A stretch of 64,000 nt of DNA from an uncultured Eubacteriales bacterium (GTDB lineage Bacteria; Acidobacteriota; Aminicenantia; Aminicenantales; Saccharicenantaceae). Position 1 is the stretch's first letter. Each line of letters opens with the position of its first letter. Below the pieces are notes generated by a model, which worked only from the letters and a program-made list of their open reading frames with translations, was not told where the DNA came from and did not search any database. The position numbers and the translations under genes were made by a program. The DNA lies in contig CAZPEP010000044.1 of NCBI GenBank assembly GCA_964585685.1, positions 5,458 through 69,457 on the forward strand. The letters run 5' to 3'. Positions 50,358 to 59,158 of the stretch are shown here, piece after piece.

Positions 50358-51119
50358 ATGGCCGACGAACGCCGTCGCATCGTCGTGATGATCCCGACCT
50401 ACAACGAGGCGGAGAACATCGCCGGCCTCGTGCGCGAGATCCTTTCCCTACCGATGGGCGCCGACCTGAGCGTCCTTGTCGTCGACGACGACTCCCCGGA
50501 CGGGACCGGGCGCATCGCGAAAGCGCTGGGCCGGGAGGACGGCCATGTCCATGCCCTCATCCGGACGAAGCGGAGGGGCCGGGGGGCCGCCGGGATTGAC
50601 GGGTTCAAGGCCGCCCTGGCCCTCGCACCGGACTTCGTCGTCGAGATGGACGGGGACTTCTCCCACCCTCCTCGGCACATCCCGGAACTGGTCGCGGCCA
50701 TGGACCGGTATGATGTCGTCCTGGGTTCGCGCTTCGTTCCGGGAGGCCGGGATGCAGACCGGGGCCTCGTCCGCAGGTTCATCACCCTCCTTGTCCGCCT
50801 ATTCATCCGGAGGAAGTTCCGTTTCCAGGTGAAGGACGTTTCCTCGGGCTTCCGCTGTTTTCGGAGGGAGGTCCTCGAAGCCGTCGACCTCGACGACTGC
50901 ATCTCGGTCGGCCCGTCCGTCGTCCTCGAGGTCCTGTACAAGGCTTCCCTCCGGGGCTTCCGGCTCGGCGAGATTCCCATCGTCTTTGTCGACCGGAAGA
51001 AAGGGAAGACCAAGCTCGATCTCCTCACGCTCGTCGAGACCCTGGTAACGGCCCTAAGGATTGAGCGCCGCTTCCGGCCGGTCCCCGGGTCCTCCCGGGA
51101 GGGCCCTGGTCAGACATGA
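50358..51119 (+). CDS. GT2 polyprenyl-phosphate mannose/glucose synthase-like (DPM1-like, no membrane anchor)
   Basis: VVMIPTYNEAENI, DDDSPDGT and EMDGDFSHPP motifs. Start at MADERRR (50358). Confidence 0.8.
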   Translation: MADERRRIVVMIPTYNEAENIAGLVREILSLPMGADLSVLVVDDDSPDGTGRIAKALGREDGHVHALIRTKRRGRGAAGIDGFKAALALAPDFVVEMDGDFSHPPRHIPELVAAMDRYDVVLGSRFVPGGRDADRGLVRRFITLLVRLFIRRKFRFQVKDVSSGFRCFRREVLEAVDLDDCISVGPSVVLEVLYKASLRGFRLGEIPIVFVDRKKGKTKLDLLTLVETLVTALRIERRFRPVPGSSREGPGQT

Positions 51120-51943
51120 AAAGAACACGACGTCACGCCCTCGGCCAGCATTTTCTCGTCAACCGCTCCGTCCTCGACAAGATCGTCCGGACGATCGCCC
51201 CGGAGGCATCCGACGTCATCGTCGAGATCGGCCCGGGGAAGGGCGGCCTGACCTTCCTCCTCGCCGAGCGGGCGGGCCGCGTTATCGCCATCGAGAAGGA
51301 CCCGGCCTTCATCCCCCTCCTCAGGGAAAAGGCGGGCCCGAACCTGAGCGTCGTCGAGGCGGACATCCTCAAAACGGACTTCGTGAGCCTTCTCGAGGAC
51401 GCGGGCGGCGCGTTCGGACGGGCGAAGCTCGTCGGGAACCTCCCCTATTCCGTGTCCTCTCCCATCCTGTTCATGGCCCTCGCCGCCCACGCCATATTCG
51501 CGAAGTGCGTCTTCCTCATCCAGAAGGAGGTCGCCGAAAGGGTCTGCGGCCGGCCGGGCACCAAGGACCATGCGCCCATATCCATCCTCCTCCAGAATCG
51601 CTTCGAGGCTCGCATCGAATTCCGCGTCTCCCCGGGGTCCTTCTCCCCGCCGCCCAAGGTCGATTCGGCTCTCCTCTCCCTGACGCGCCGGGAAACGTCG
51701 CTCTTTCGCTTCGACGACGAGGACAGGTTCCGCGCCTTCCTCCGCGCGGCCTTCGCTCACCGCCGGAAGCTGCTCGCCAAAAACCTTGAAATGAGCGGCC
51801 TCCCCCGCGCCCGCATCGAAGCGGCCTACGGCGCCCTCGGGCTCGCCCGCAACGCCCGCGCCGAAGAGCTCCCCGCCAACCGCCTCGTCACCCTCTACCG
51901 CGCTCTTTACGAATCTCCGGACAGCGCTGTTCCAACGTCCTGA
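51116..51943 (+). CDS. rsmA: 16S rRNA (adenine1518/1519-N6)-dimethyltransferase
   Basis: LGQHFLVN and VIVEIGPGKGGLT KsgA signatures. Confidence 0.9.
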   Translation: MKRTRRHALGQHFLVNRSVLDKIVRTIAPEASDVIVEIGPGKGGLTFLLAERAGRVIAIEKDPAFIPLLREKAGPNLSVVEADILKTDFVSLLEDAGGAFGRAKLVGNLPYSVSSPILFMALAAHAIFAKCVFLIQKEVAERVCGRPGTKDHAPISILLQNRFEARIEFRVSPGSFSPPPKVDSALLSLTRRETSLFRFDDEDRFRAFLRAAFAHRRKLLAKNLEMSGLPRARIEAAYGALGLARNARAEELPANRLVTLYRALYESPDSAVPTS

Positions 51944-52025
51944 GAATGGGATCGCCTTCTCAATGGTCGATTGAATTGCGTGCCCGCTTTTTACATGTTA
52001 TAAATGACGGCGGGATATTACGTCC

Positions 52026-53003
52026 ATGACGAAGCTCGAGTACTACCGGAGGCTGTGGGCCATCTTCCGGGCCTACAGGAAGAGGGAAACGATCCTCCCC
52101 TATCTCCCCATCCGGCTCTGGATCGAACCGACGAGTTTCTGCAACCTCAAGTGCGTCATGTGCCCGAACAAGGACCTTGACCGGAGGGACAAGGGCTATA
52201 TGCCGCTCGAGCTCTTCCGGAAGATCGTCGACGAGGCCGCCGGGTTCGTCCACGAGGCCAACCTCATCCACCGAGGCGAATCCCTCCTTCACCCGGATTT
52301 CTTCGAGATGGTCCGGGCCGCGAGCGCGGCGGGGATCGTGACCAAGCTCCACACGAACGCCACACTCCTTGACGCAGACAAGGCCCATCGGCTTATCGAA
52401 GCGGGGCTCCATCAGCTGACCTTCTCCTTCGACGGCTACGACAAGGCCACCTACGAGCGCATCCGGGTCAACGGCACGTTCGAGAAGACCATCGAGAACA
52501 TCCGCAGCTTCCACCGGGTGCGGAAAGAGCTCGGGGCGAAGAGGCCGCGCACGATCCTGGAGCTCATCGATTTCCCCGATATCTACCGGAACGTCGGCCG
52601 GCAGGAAAAGCGGGCATTCCTCGAAAGATTCAAGGAATTCCCGCCGGACAGGATCCGGATCAAGGACATGCATAACTGGGCGGGCGATATCGGCGGACCG
52701 GGAAAGGGCCGGACGTACGCACCGTGCACGTTCCCCTGGGCGTCCCTCATCGTCTTCTGGGACGGCCGGGTCCTCCCGTGCACCCAGGATTTTTTCGGGG
52801 ACCTCGCGGTCGGCGACGCCGGCAAGTCGTCCTTGGCCGACATTTGGAACGGCGAGCGCATGGTCGAGATCCGAAAAAGGGCCGCCGAAGGGGATATCAA
52901 GGACCTCGCCCCGTGCTCGGCCTGCGACCGGCCCTGGCGGGAAACGTTCCTCGGGGTGCCCAGGGAATACATCTGGAAGCTCCTCCTGCGCCGGATGCCC
53001 TGA
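52026..53003 (+). CDS. Radical SAM / SPASM-domain protein
   Basis: Canonical CNLKCVMCP (CX3CX2C). C-terminal auxiliary-cluster cysteines (CTFPW ... LPCTQD ... APCSACDRP). Confidence 0.8.
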   Translation: MTKLEYYRRLWAIFRAYRKRETILPYLPIRLWIEPTSFCNLKCVMCPNKDLDRRDKGYMPLELFRKIVDEAAGFVHEANLIHRGESLLHPDFFEMVRAASAAGIVTKLHTNATLLDADKAHRLIEAGLHQLTFSFDGYDKATYERIRVNGTFEKTIENIRSFHRVRKELGAKRPRTILELIDFPDIYRNVGRQEKRAFLERFKEFPPDRIRIKDMHNWAGDIGGPGKGRTYAPCTFPWASLIVFWDGRVLPCTQDFFGDLAVGDAGKSSLADIWNGERMVEIRKRAAEGDIKDLAPCSACDRPWRETFLGVPREYIWKLLLRRMP

Positions 53004-53039
53004 TCCGGCCCTCGCCAAATTGACACCCCTTTCGCGGCC

Positions 53040-54989
53040 GTGATATATTCGGTCCGGAAAATGAAGGTTTCGAACCTCGCCTCGGTGTTCCTGGTCCTTT
53101 CGTCGAGCCTTATCCCGGCCTATCCGAGCGACAGGGCATGGTTCGCCATAAGCAGGCCAACCTCATCGCTCCCCCGCCTCAAGGAGGACCGGGCCGGAGC
53201 CCTGCGCGCCCTTTGGCTCGAAGGCGGGGAAGGCGGGAGCTCGATCGTACTCGGACGCGTCGGCGGTGACTCCGTCGAGAGGGACGGCATCGTGGCGGCA
53301 ACGAACGGGACCGCTCTTTCCCCCGATTTCGATTTCGACGCCCTCAACAGGCCCTGGGTCGCCTGGATAGACAATGCCGGGGAAACGCCCCGGGTCTGCG
53401 TCCGGGAGCCCGTCACGAACCGGACATGGAGGATCAGCCCTCCGTCCCTCCTCTCCGCCTCCAGGGTTAAGGTCCTGGCGGGAGGCCCGTCGGAGGTTTG
53501 GGTCTTCTGGACGGGGCACGACCTCGGCCGGGACGAAACGTTCTTCCGCCGCTTCAACGGAGCGGCGTGGTCGCCAACCGCGCGGCTCCACGCGGACAGC
53601 GCTTCTCCCCGGATCCTGATGGATGCGGTGTTGAGCCCGGACGGGCGCCCATGGGTCGTCTGGTCCCGTTATGACGGGGAGGATTACGAGGTCTACGGCT
53701 CCCGGTGGGAAGGGGCCGGATGGTCAGGCGAGGAAACGCTCACGGACGACACGGGTTCCGACGCCTGGCCCGGCATCGTTTGCCTCCGAGGCTCTCTCCC
53801 TGCCGTCGTCTGGGCCAACGTCCACGGACGGGCGAACTCCCTGCGCGCCCGAGTATTCGCCGCAGGCTCATGGGGGCCGACGCTCGAACTCCTCGCCACG
53901 GGAGAAGAGATCGCCGAACCCCGCGTCTCGACCCGCGAAGGAAGGCTCGTCATCGCCTGGAGGTCCGACGGGGAGATCCGCTCGATGACCCTGTCCTATG
54001 ACCAGCTGAGGACGCGGAGAAACCCCGCCCCGGAGGCGGGCGACCCTGCCCTCGCGGAGGTCGGGCGGGACGAGAACACGTACACGGCGTTCGGCGACGA
54101 GATCACGTACGGCTGGATCGACGGCGGCCCCGCCGTTGAGCTCGGCTACGTTCCGAGGCTCGAAACCCGCCTTACGGAGCGTTTCGGCTTTTCTGCGGTC
54201 GCCAACGAGGGTGTCCCCGGCGAGACCACGGTCAACGGTTTGGGCCGGATGAACGACGTCCTCGCGAGCAACCCTGGCCGCTACCTCCTTCTGATGGAGG
54301 GGACCAACGACGTCGTCACGCCGGACCTTTCGCTTGACGCGAGCGCCTTCAACCTCGAGCAGATGGTCCTGAAGTGCGTCGACGCCGGCGTCCTTCCCGT
54401 CCTCTCGACCATCATTCCGAGGAACGACTCCTATTGGAGCGACGCGCTCTTCCGGAAACGGATCGCCGGCCTCAACGACGAGGTCGCCCGGATCGCCCTG
54501 AACCTAAAACTCCCGTTCGTCGACATGTTCAACACCTTCCTGGATTTCCCCGAGGCCGACGGGGGCTGGCCCTCTCTGCTTTCCGACTACGCCCACCCCA
54601 ACGAGCGGGGATACGAGGTCATCGCCCGAACCTGGGCCGAGGCGATAGGGAGGATCCCTTTCCCCCCTTCCCCGATCACGGTCCGCCGTTCGACGGAGCG
54701 GTCCCTCCTCGCCAACCGGAAGGTCAATTACCTGACCTGGCGCCACAGCCAGAAGATCCGAAACCCGTTCCTGTTCCGAAGCTACAGGATCTTCAAGAAG
54801 GACCTGGCGGAGCCCATAGCTGAATACCGACTGATCGCCGTCCTCCCTTACTCGCCGTTCCACAACCCGCAGAAGTACAACGACCTCGATATCCTCGAGA
54901 CCCACCGCTACCGCTACGCCGTCTCCCTAGTCGCCGTCGACGGCATCGAGGGCCCCCTGTCCGACCCCGCGGACGAATTCGAACTGTGA
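53040..54989 (+). CDS. Secreted multidomain protein: W-rich tandem repeats / SGNH-fold hydrolase domain with GDE in place of GDS / C-terminal Fn3-like domain
   Basis: Signal peptide. Five spaced [VW]xW motifs. SGNH blocks AFGDEITYG (block I, Glu354 at 54099..54101), MEGTNDV (block III), DYAHPNERG (block V). Confidence 0.55.
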   Translation: MIYSVRKMKVSNLASVFLVLSSSLIPAYPSDRAWFAISRPTSSLPRLKEDRAGALRALWLEGGEGGSSIVLGRVGGDSVERDGIVAATNGTALSPDFDFDALNRPWVAWIDNAGETPRVCVREPVTNRTWRISPPSLLSASRVKVLAGGPSEVWVFWTGHDLGRDETFFRRFNGAAWSPTARLHADSASPRILMDAVLSPDGRPWVVWSRYDGEDYEVYGSRWEGAGWSGEETLTDDTGSDAWPGIVCLRGSLPAVVWANVHGRANSLRARVFAAGSWGPTLELLATGEEIAEPRVSTREGRLVIAWRSDGEIRSMTLSYDQLRTRRNPAPEAGDPALAEVGRDENTYTAFGDEITYGWIDGGPAVELGYVPRLETRLTERFGFSAVANEGVPGETTVNGLGRMNDVLASNPGRYLLLMEGTNDVVTPDLSLDASAFNLEQMVLKCVDAGVLPVLSTIIPRNDSYWSDALFRKRIAGLNDEVARIALNLKLPFVDMFNTFLDFPEADGGWPSLLSDYAHPNERGYEVIARTWAEAIGRIPFPPSPITVRRSTERSLLANRKVNYLTWRHSQKIRNPFLFRSYRIFKKDLAEPIAEYRLIAVLPYSPFHNPQKYNDLDILETHRYRYAVSLVAVDGIEGPLSDPADEFEL

Positions 54990-55002
54990 TATAATCCGGT
55001 CC

Positions 55003-57354
55003 ATGAAACGTTCCCAGGCGAAGAGGAACGGCACGTCGTCGCGCCCGGAAAAGCGCAAGCCGGGCTTGGCCGTCGAGATCGTCGCCGTCCTTATGATCTT
55101 CGTCGGCATCTTCGCTCTCCTCAGTCTGGCTAGCTACAATCACCGCGACCCGTCTTGGGCCAATTCCCTGGAGGCGGGGCACGGCGTGCACAACTACGCC
55201 GGCCGGGCGGGAGCCCATTTCGCCGAAGCCCTGCTCCAGTTCCTCGGACTCATGGCCTTTTTCATCCCCTTCGCCTTCGGGTTCGTCGGGATCAAGGCCA
55301 TTCTCCCCGACGGCCGGTCCCGGCTCGTCGCCCGGACGGTCGGAGTCGTGCTCCTGCTCCTCATCCTCTGCCCCCTGCTCTTCCTCCTTTTCGGGAGCTT
55401 CCCGTGGGGGAAGGCCGAGATCCGGGCGGGAGGGATCCTGGGGGACCTTCTGTCTTCAGCCCTCGTCGGCTACCTGAATCCCACCGGCTCGCTTATTCTG
55501 CTGGCCGCCGCACTCGTCCTCTTTCTCCTGTTCTCCACGCGCTGGTCGCTCGCCCGGACGGCGCGGCTCTCCCGCAAGGCATTCGATTCGGCGTTCCAGA
55601 ACGTCACGATCAAGGTCACCCGTTACCAGAAGACCAAAGAACGGGAGAAGCGACGGGAAAAGGTTGCCAAGAAGTGGGCCGCCGCGGCCGTAACACCCGA
55701 GGAAAAGCCGGACGCCGAGGGAACCGACCGGAAGGAAGCCCGGCAGCTGGAAAAGGAACGGGAGAAAGAGCGGAAACGCCGGGAAAAGGAGGCGAAAAAG
55801 AAGAAGGAGAGGGCTCCCGCCGGCCCGGCCCCCGCCGAGAACCTGCTTTTTCCCGACCTCGGCAAGAAGGGCGATTATAACTTCCCCCCGTTCAGCCTCC
55901 TCGAACCGGGCAAGCCCTCGGAGAAGATCGACAAGAACGAGCTCTACGAGAAGAAGCGGCGGATCGAGGATAAGCTCAAGGAGTTTGACGTGGCCGGCGA
56001 GGTTCGCGAGTACCACCCCGGCCCGGTTATCACGACCTACGAGCTGTTCCCCGACCCCGGCATCAAGGTCTCCCGGGTGGCCAGCCTCACCGAGGACCTG
56101 TCCCTCGCCCTCGAGGCCGAGTCGGTCCGCATCCAGAGGATCCCGGGCAAATCCTCTCTCGGCGTCGAGATCCCCAACAACAAGCGCGAGGTCATCAAGC
56201 TCCGGGACATCATCCAGTCGGAGAAGTTCCTGAATTCGCAATCGAAGCTGACGATCGCCCTGGGCAAGAACGTCCACGGCGAGGTCTACATCACCGACCT
56301 GGCCATCATGCCCCATCTCCTGATCGCCGGGGCCACAGGGTCGGGAAAGAGCGTCGCCCTCAACGCGATCATCGCCAGCATCCTTTACAAAGCAACGCCG
56401 GACGAGGTCAAGCTCCTCCTCATCGATCCCAAGCGGCTCGAGTTCTCGCTCTACGAGGGCATCCCCCACCTTCTGGCGCCGGTCATCAACGATCCGAAGA
56501 AAGCGGGCTTCATCCTCTTCGACGCCGTCCGGAAGATGGAGGAGAGGCTGCGTCTCCTCGGCCAGATGAAGGTCCGGGACATCACCCAGTTCAACAAGAC
56601 CGTCGAGCAGACGCTCCAGGAAAAGAAGGGGAAGCTGACCGAGGAGGAGAAGAAGATCCTCAAGCCCCTCCCCTACATCGTCATCATCATCGACGAGCTG
56701 GCCGAGCTGATGATGGTCAGCGCCCAGGAGGTCGAGAGCAGCATCACCCGCCTGGCCCAGCTGGCCCGGGCCGTCGGCATCCACCTCGTCATGGCCACCC
56801 AGCGGCCCTCGATCGACGTCATCACCGGGACGATCAAGAACAACTTTGGCTGCCGCATCGCCTTCCGCGTCCCGTCCAAGATCGACTCCCGGATTATTCT
56901 CGACGGGGGCGGCGCCGACAAGCTGCTCGGCCTCGGCGACATGCTCTTCCTGCCGCCGAACTTCCCGCGCCTGATGAGGCTCCACTGCGCCTATATCTCT
57001 ATTCCCGAGGTCAAGAGGCTCGTCAAGTTCGTCAAGGAGCAGGGCACGCCCGAATACGACGAGCGCATCGTCGAAGCCGTCAAGGGCGACATCGACCAGC
57101 TCTGGGAGGAGTTCGGGGAAAAGGACGAACTCTACGACAAGGCCCTCGAGCTCGTGCTCCTCACGGGCCAGGCCTCGGCCTCGTACCTCCAGCGACGCCT
57201 GAAGCTTGGCTACGCCCGCGCGGCGCGGATCATCGACCAGATGGAGAACGACGGGGTCATCGGCCATTCCGAGGGCAGCAAAGCCCGGGAGATCCTCGTC
57301 GACGCCAAGTCCTACCTAAAGGACAATGTGCGTCGCCAGCCCCGCAACGAATGA
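55003..57354 (+). CDS. ftsK: DNA translocase FtsK
   Basis: N-terminal TM domain. Pro/Lys/Glu-rich linker. Motor domain with Walker A GATGSGKS. C-terminal gamma (winged-helix) domain. Confidence 0.9.
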   Translation: MKRSQAKRNGTSSRPEKRKPGLAVEIVAVLMIFVGIFALLSLASYNHRDPSWANSLEAGHGVHNYAGRAGAHFAEALLQFLGLMAFFIPFAFGFVGIKAILPDGRSRLVARTVGVVLLLLILCPLLFLLFGSFPWGKAEIRAGGILGDLLSSALVGYLNPTGSLILLAAALVLFLLFSTRWSLARTARLSRKAFDSAFQNVTIKVTRYQKTKEREKRREKVAKKWAAAAVTPEEKPDAEGTDRKEARQLEKEREKERKRREKEAKKKKERAPAGPAPAENLLFPDLGKKGDYNFPPFSLLEPGKPSEKIDKNELYEKKRRIEDKLKEFDVAGEVREYHPGPVITTYELFPDPGIKVSRVASLTEDLSLALEAESVRIQRIPGKSSLGVEIPNNKREVIKLRDIIQSEKFLNSQSKLTIALGKNVHGEVYITDLAIMPHLLIAGATGSGKSVALNAIIASILYKATPDEVKLLLIDPKRLEFSLYEGIPHLLAPVINDPKKAGFILFDAVRKMEERLRLLGQMKVRDITQFNKTVEQTLQEKKGKLTEEEKKILKPLPYIVIIIDELAELMMVSAQEVESSITRLAQLARAVGIHLVMATQRPSIDVITGTIKNNFGCRIAFRVPSKIDSRIILDGGGADKLLGLGDMLFLPPNFPRLMRLHCAYISIPEVKRLVKFVKEQGTPEYDERIVEAVKGDIDQLWEEFGEKDELYDKALELVLLTGQASASYLQRRLKLGYARAARIIDQMENDGVIGHSEGSKAREILVDAKSYLKDNVRRQPRNE

Positions 57355-57381
57355 AGTGCCCTCCTGCCCTCCGCCAATCCT

Positions 57382-57524
57382 AAATCCCCATTTTTTCAAA
57401 AATCCCCCAATAGTCCCCCTTTTTCAAAGGGGGATACTGATGAGGTGTCCACCTTTTTTATAGGGGTTAGGGGGGACTTAGTAGCTACCCCCCTTTGTAA
57501 AAGGGGGGCTGGGGGGATTTAATT
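57382..57524. repeat. Nested G5/C5 palindromic element with two GC hairpins, overlapping the HD-GYP stop codon
   Basis: Hairpin 1: TCCCCC-TTTTTCAAA-GGGGGA (57414..57434). Hairpin 2: CCCCCC-TTTGTAAAA-GGGGGG (57488..57508). Outer inverted repeats AAATCCCCC (57400..57408) / GGGGGGATTT (57511..57520) and AGTCCCCC (57412..57419) / GGGGGACT (57471..57478). Confidence 0.5.
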
Positions 57525-58292
57525 GACCGAGGGGAGCAGACCGGGAAATCGGACATCGGTCCGAGCCTGGCGCCAGGAGGAGACGGGGATGGACAGGAAT
57601 ACGTCCACGACGGCGGGATCGAACTGCCTGCCGCTTGCTCTTCCGATCTCCCGGAGGGCCTCCTCGAAGCGCCACCCCTTGCGATAGGGACGGTCGGAGG
57701 TGATGGCATCCAGGGTGTCGGCCAGGGCGAAGACCCGGGCCACGAGGGGAATGCTCCGGCCGGCGAGCCCGCGCGGATAGCCCGTGCCGTCGAACCGCTC
57801 GTGGTGACAGAGAATGATCTCCCCGGCCTCCTCCAGGAAACCGAGCCCCTCGGTCATTTTGTAACCAAGGACGGGGTGCTCCCTGACAATCTCCCTCTCG
57901 ATGGCGGTCAGGGCGCCGGGTTTGTTCAGGATGGAGGCGGGCACGCCCGCCTTCCCTATGTCATGGAGGAGGGCGCCGCGTTCTATGCCCGCCAAGGTCC
58001 GGTGATCCCGGATTCCCATGGCGTCGGCCAGGATGGACGCATAGGCGGCCACGAACCGGGAATGCCCGTCGGCTTCCCCTCCTCCGGCTTCGGCCGCGAG
58101 GAGCCCGACCAAGCGGGAATTGAAGAACGTCCCGATGCCGGATGGACGGGAGGCGCGGGATCCGCTCCGGTCCCCGGATTCCCTACCGCCGGGTTCCGCC
58201 GGCGGCGCGGACGGGAACACGTAGAAATAGGTCCTGAGTCCGTTCGCGTCTTCCAAAACGAGCCGTTTTTCCCTGTCCATCATCCCGATCAT
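57519..58292 (-). CDS. HD-GYP domain c-di-GMP phosphodiesterase
   Basis: HDIGK ... GYP-type metal-dependent phosphohydrolase motifs (LLHDIGKAGVP, ILCHHERFDGTGYP). Confidence 0.85.
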   Translation of the reverse strand: MIGMMDREKRLVLEDANGLRTYFYVFPSAPPAEPGGRESGDRSGSRASRPSGIGTFFNSRLVGLLAAEAGGGEADGHSRFVAAYASILADAMGIRDHRTLAGIERGALLHDIGKAGVPASILNKPGALTAIEREIVREHPVLGYKMTEGLGFLEEAGEIILCHHERFDGTGYPRGLAGRSIPLVARVFALADTLDAITSDRPYRKGWRFEEALREIGRASGRQFDPAVVDVFLSIPVSSWRQARTDVRFPGLLPSVN

Positions 58293-58566
58293 CTCACGTT
58301 TCCCTTTTTTCTCCGGGAGCGCTCAAAAGGCTCCGGCGCTCAAGCAGGGGCCCCAGCCGGCGATCGGGCTGGTTTCGACGAGTTCGAAGCCGTCCTCCCT
58401 GAGCCGTGTCTCGATGTAAGAGCAGAATTCCTGTTCGTCCCTGATCACAACACAGTCGCGTTCCCGGGGGCCTTTCGAAAATTCACTTTCGATCATGGGC
58501 ATCCGTCCTTTCATCGAGCAATAGGTTAGTCGGGGGATAGGGCGGAAAATTGACGGAAATCCAGGC

Positions 58567-58595
58567 TTGTCAACTCATTGGGCGCCCTTTATAAT
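58567..58595 (+). promoter_or_regulatory. Sigma-70 consensus promoter TTGTCA-17-TATAAT upstream of the second ECF sigma gene
   Basis: Exact hexamers with 17-nt spacer. Lies inside the over-extended ORF-track start, so the real start codon is downstream (TTG about 58629). Confidence 0.55.
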
Positions 58596-59102
58596 ACGGG
58601 CGTGACCGAGAACAGGGCCGGGATCGACTTGGATGAGCTTGTCCTCAAGTTCAGGCCCGTCGTGGCCTTCCGGGTCCGAAAGGCCATCGGGGGGGCTACC
58701 CCAGACTGGGAGGACGTGGCCGACGGGGTCATCACCCAGGTCATTGAAAAGATCCGGAACGGGGAATTCCGCGGGGAATCCTCCATAGGGACGTTCATCT
58801 ACACCATCACGAGCCGCCGGATCATCGACCACATCCGTGAGAAGACCAAGGTCCTGAGGCACGCCCCGGAGCCCGCCCCCTTTCCGGACCCCAGCGAGGC
58901 GGTCGAGACTCAGGAACGGGCCGCCCTGATCGCCGAAGCCGTTAAGGGGCTCAAGCCGAAGTTCCGGGAAGTCCTTTACCTCTATTACTATAAGGAATTG
59001 CCCCGGGAGGAAGTGGCCAAAAGGCTGGGGATCCCGCCCCGCCGGGTCAGCGAACGCGTCAATTACGCCCTCAAGCTCATCAAAAAGGACATGAAAAAAT
59101 GA
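58578..59102 (+). CDS. ECF-type sigma-70 family factor (second copy); true start probably about 58629
   Basis: Region 2 (DWEDVADGVITQVIEKIRNGEF) and region 4 HTH (LYLYYYKELPREEVAKRLGIPPRRVSERV). Confidence 0.8.
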   Translation: MGALYNTGVTENRAGIDLDELVLKFRPVVAFRVRKAIGGATPDWEDVADGVITQVIEKIRNGEFRGESSIGTFIYTITSRRIIDHIREKTKVLRHAPEPAPFPDPSEAVETQERAALIAEAVKGLKPKFREVLYLYYYKELPREEVAKRLGIPPRRVSERVNYALKLIKKDMKK

Positions 59103-59158
59103 GCCTTTCTTCCATTTTCCCCTCTCCCGGACGACTAAAGGGTTGAAATCAAGGAAAG

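Noticed and set aside
58323-58514. 63-aa ORF immediately upstream of the HD-GYP gene; possible truncated receiver domain
   Set aside because: Only a vague resemblance to the REC beta1-alpha1 region (VVIRDEQEF…). It lacks the acidic pocket and is too short. It may be a spurious ORF or a degenerate remnant, with insufficient evidence either way.
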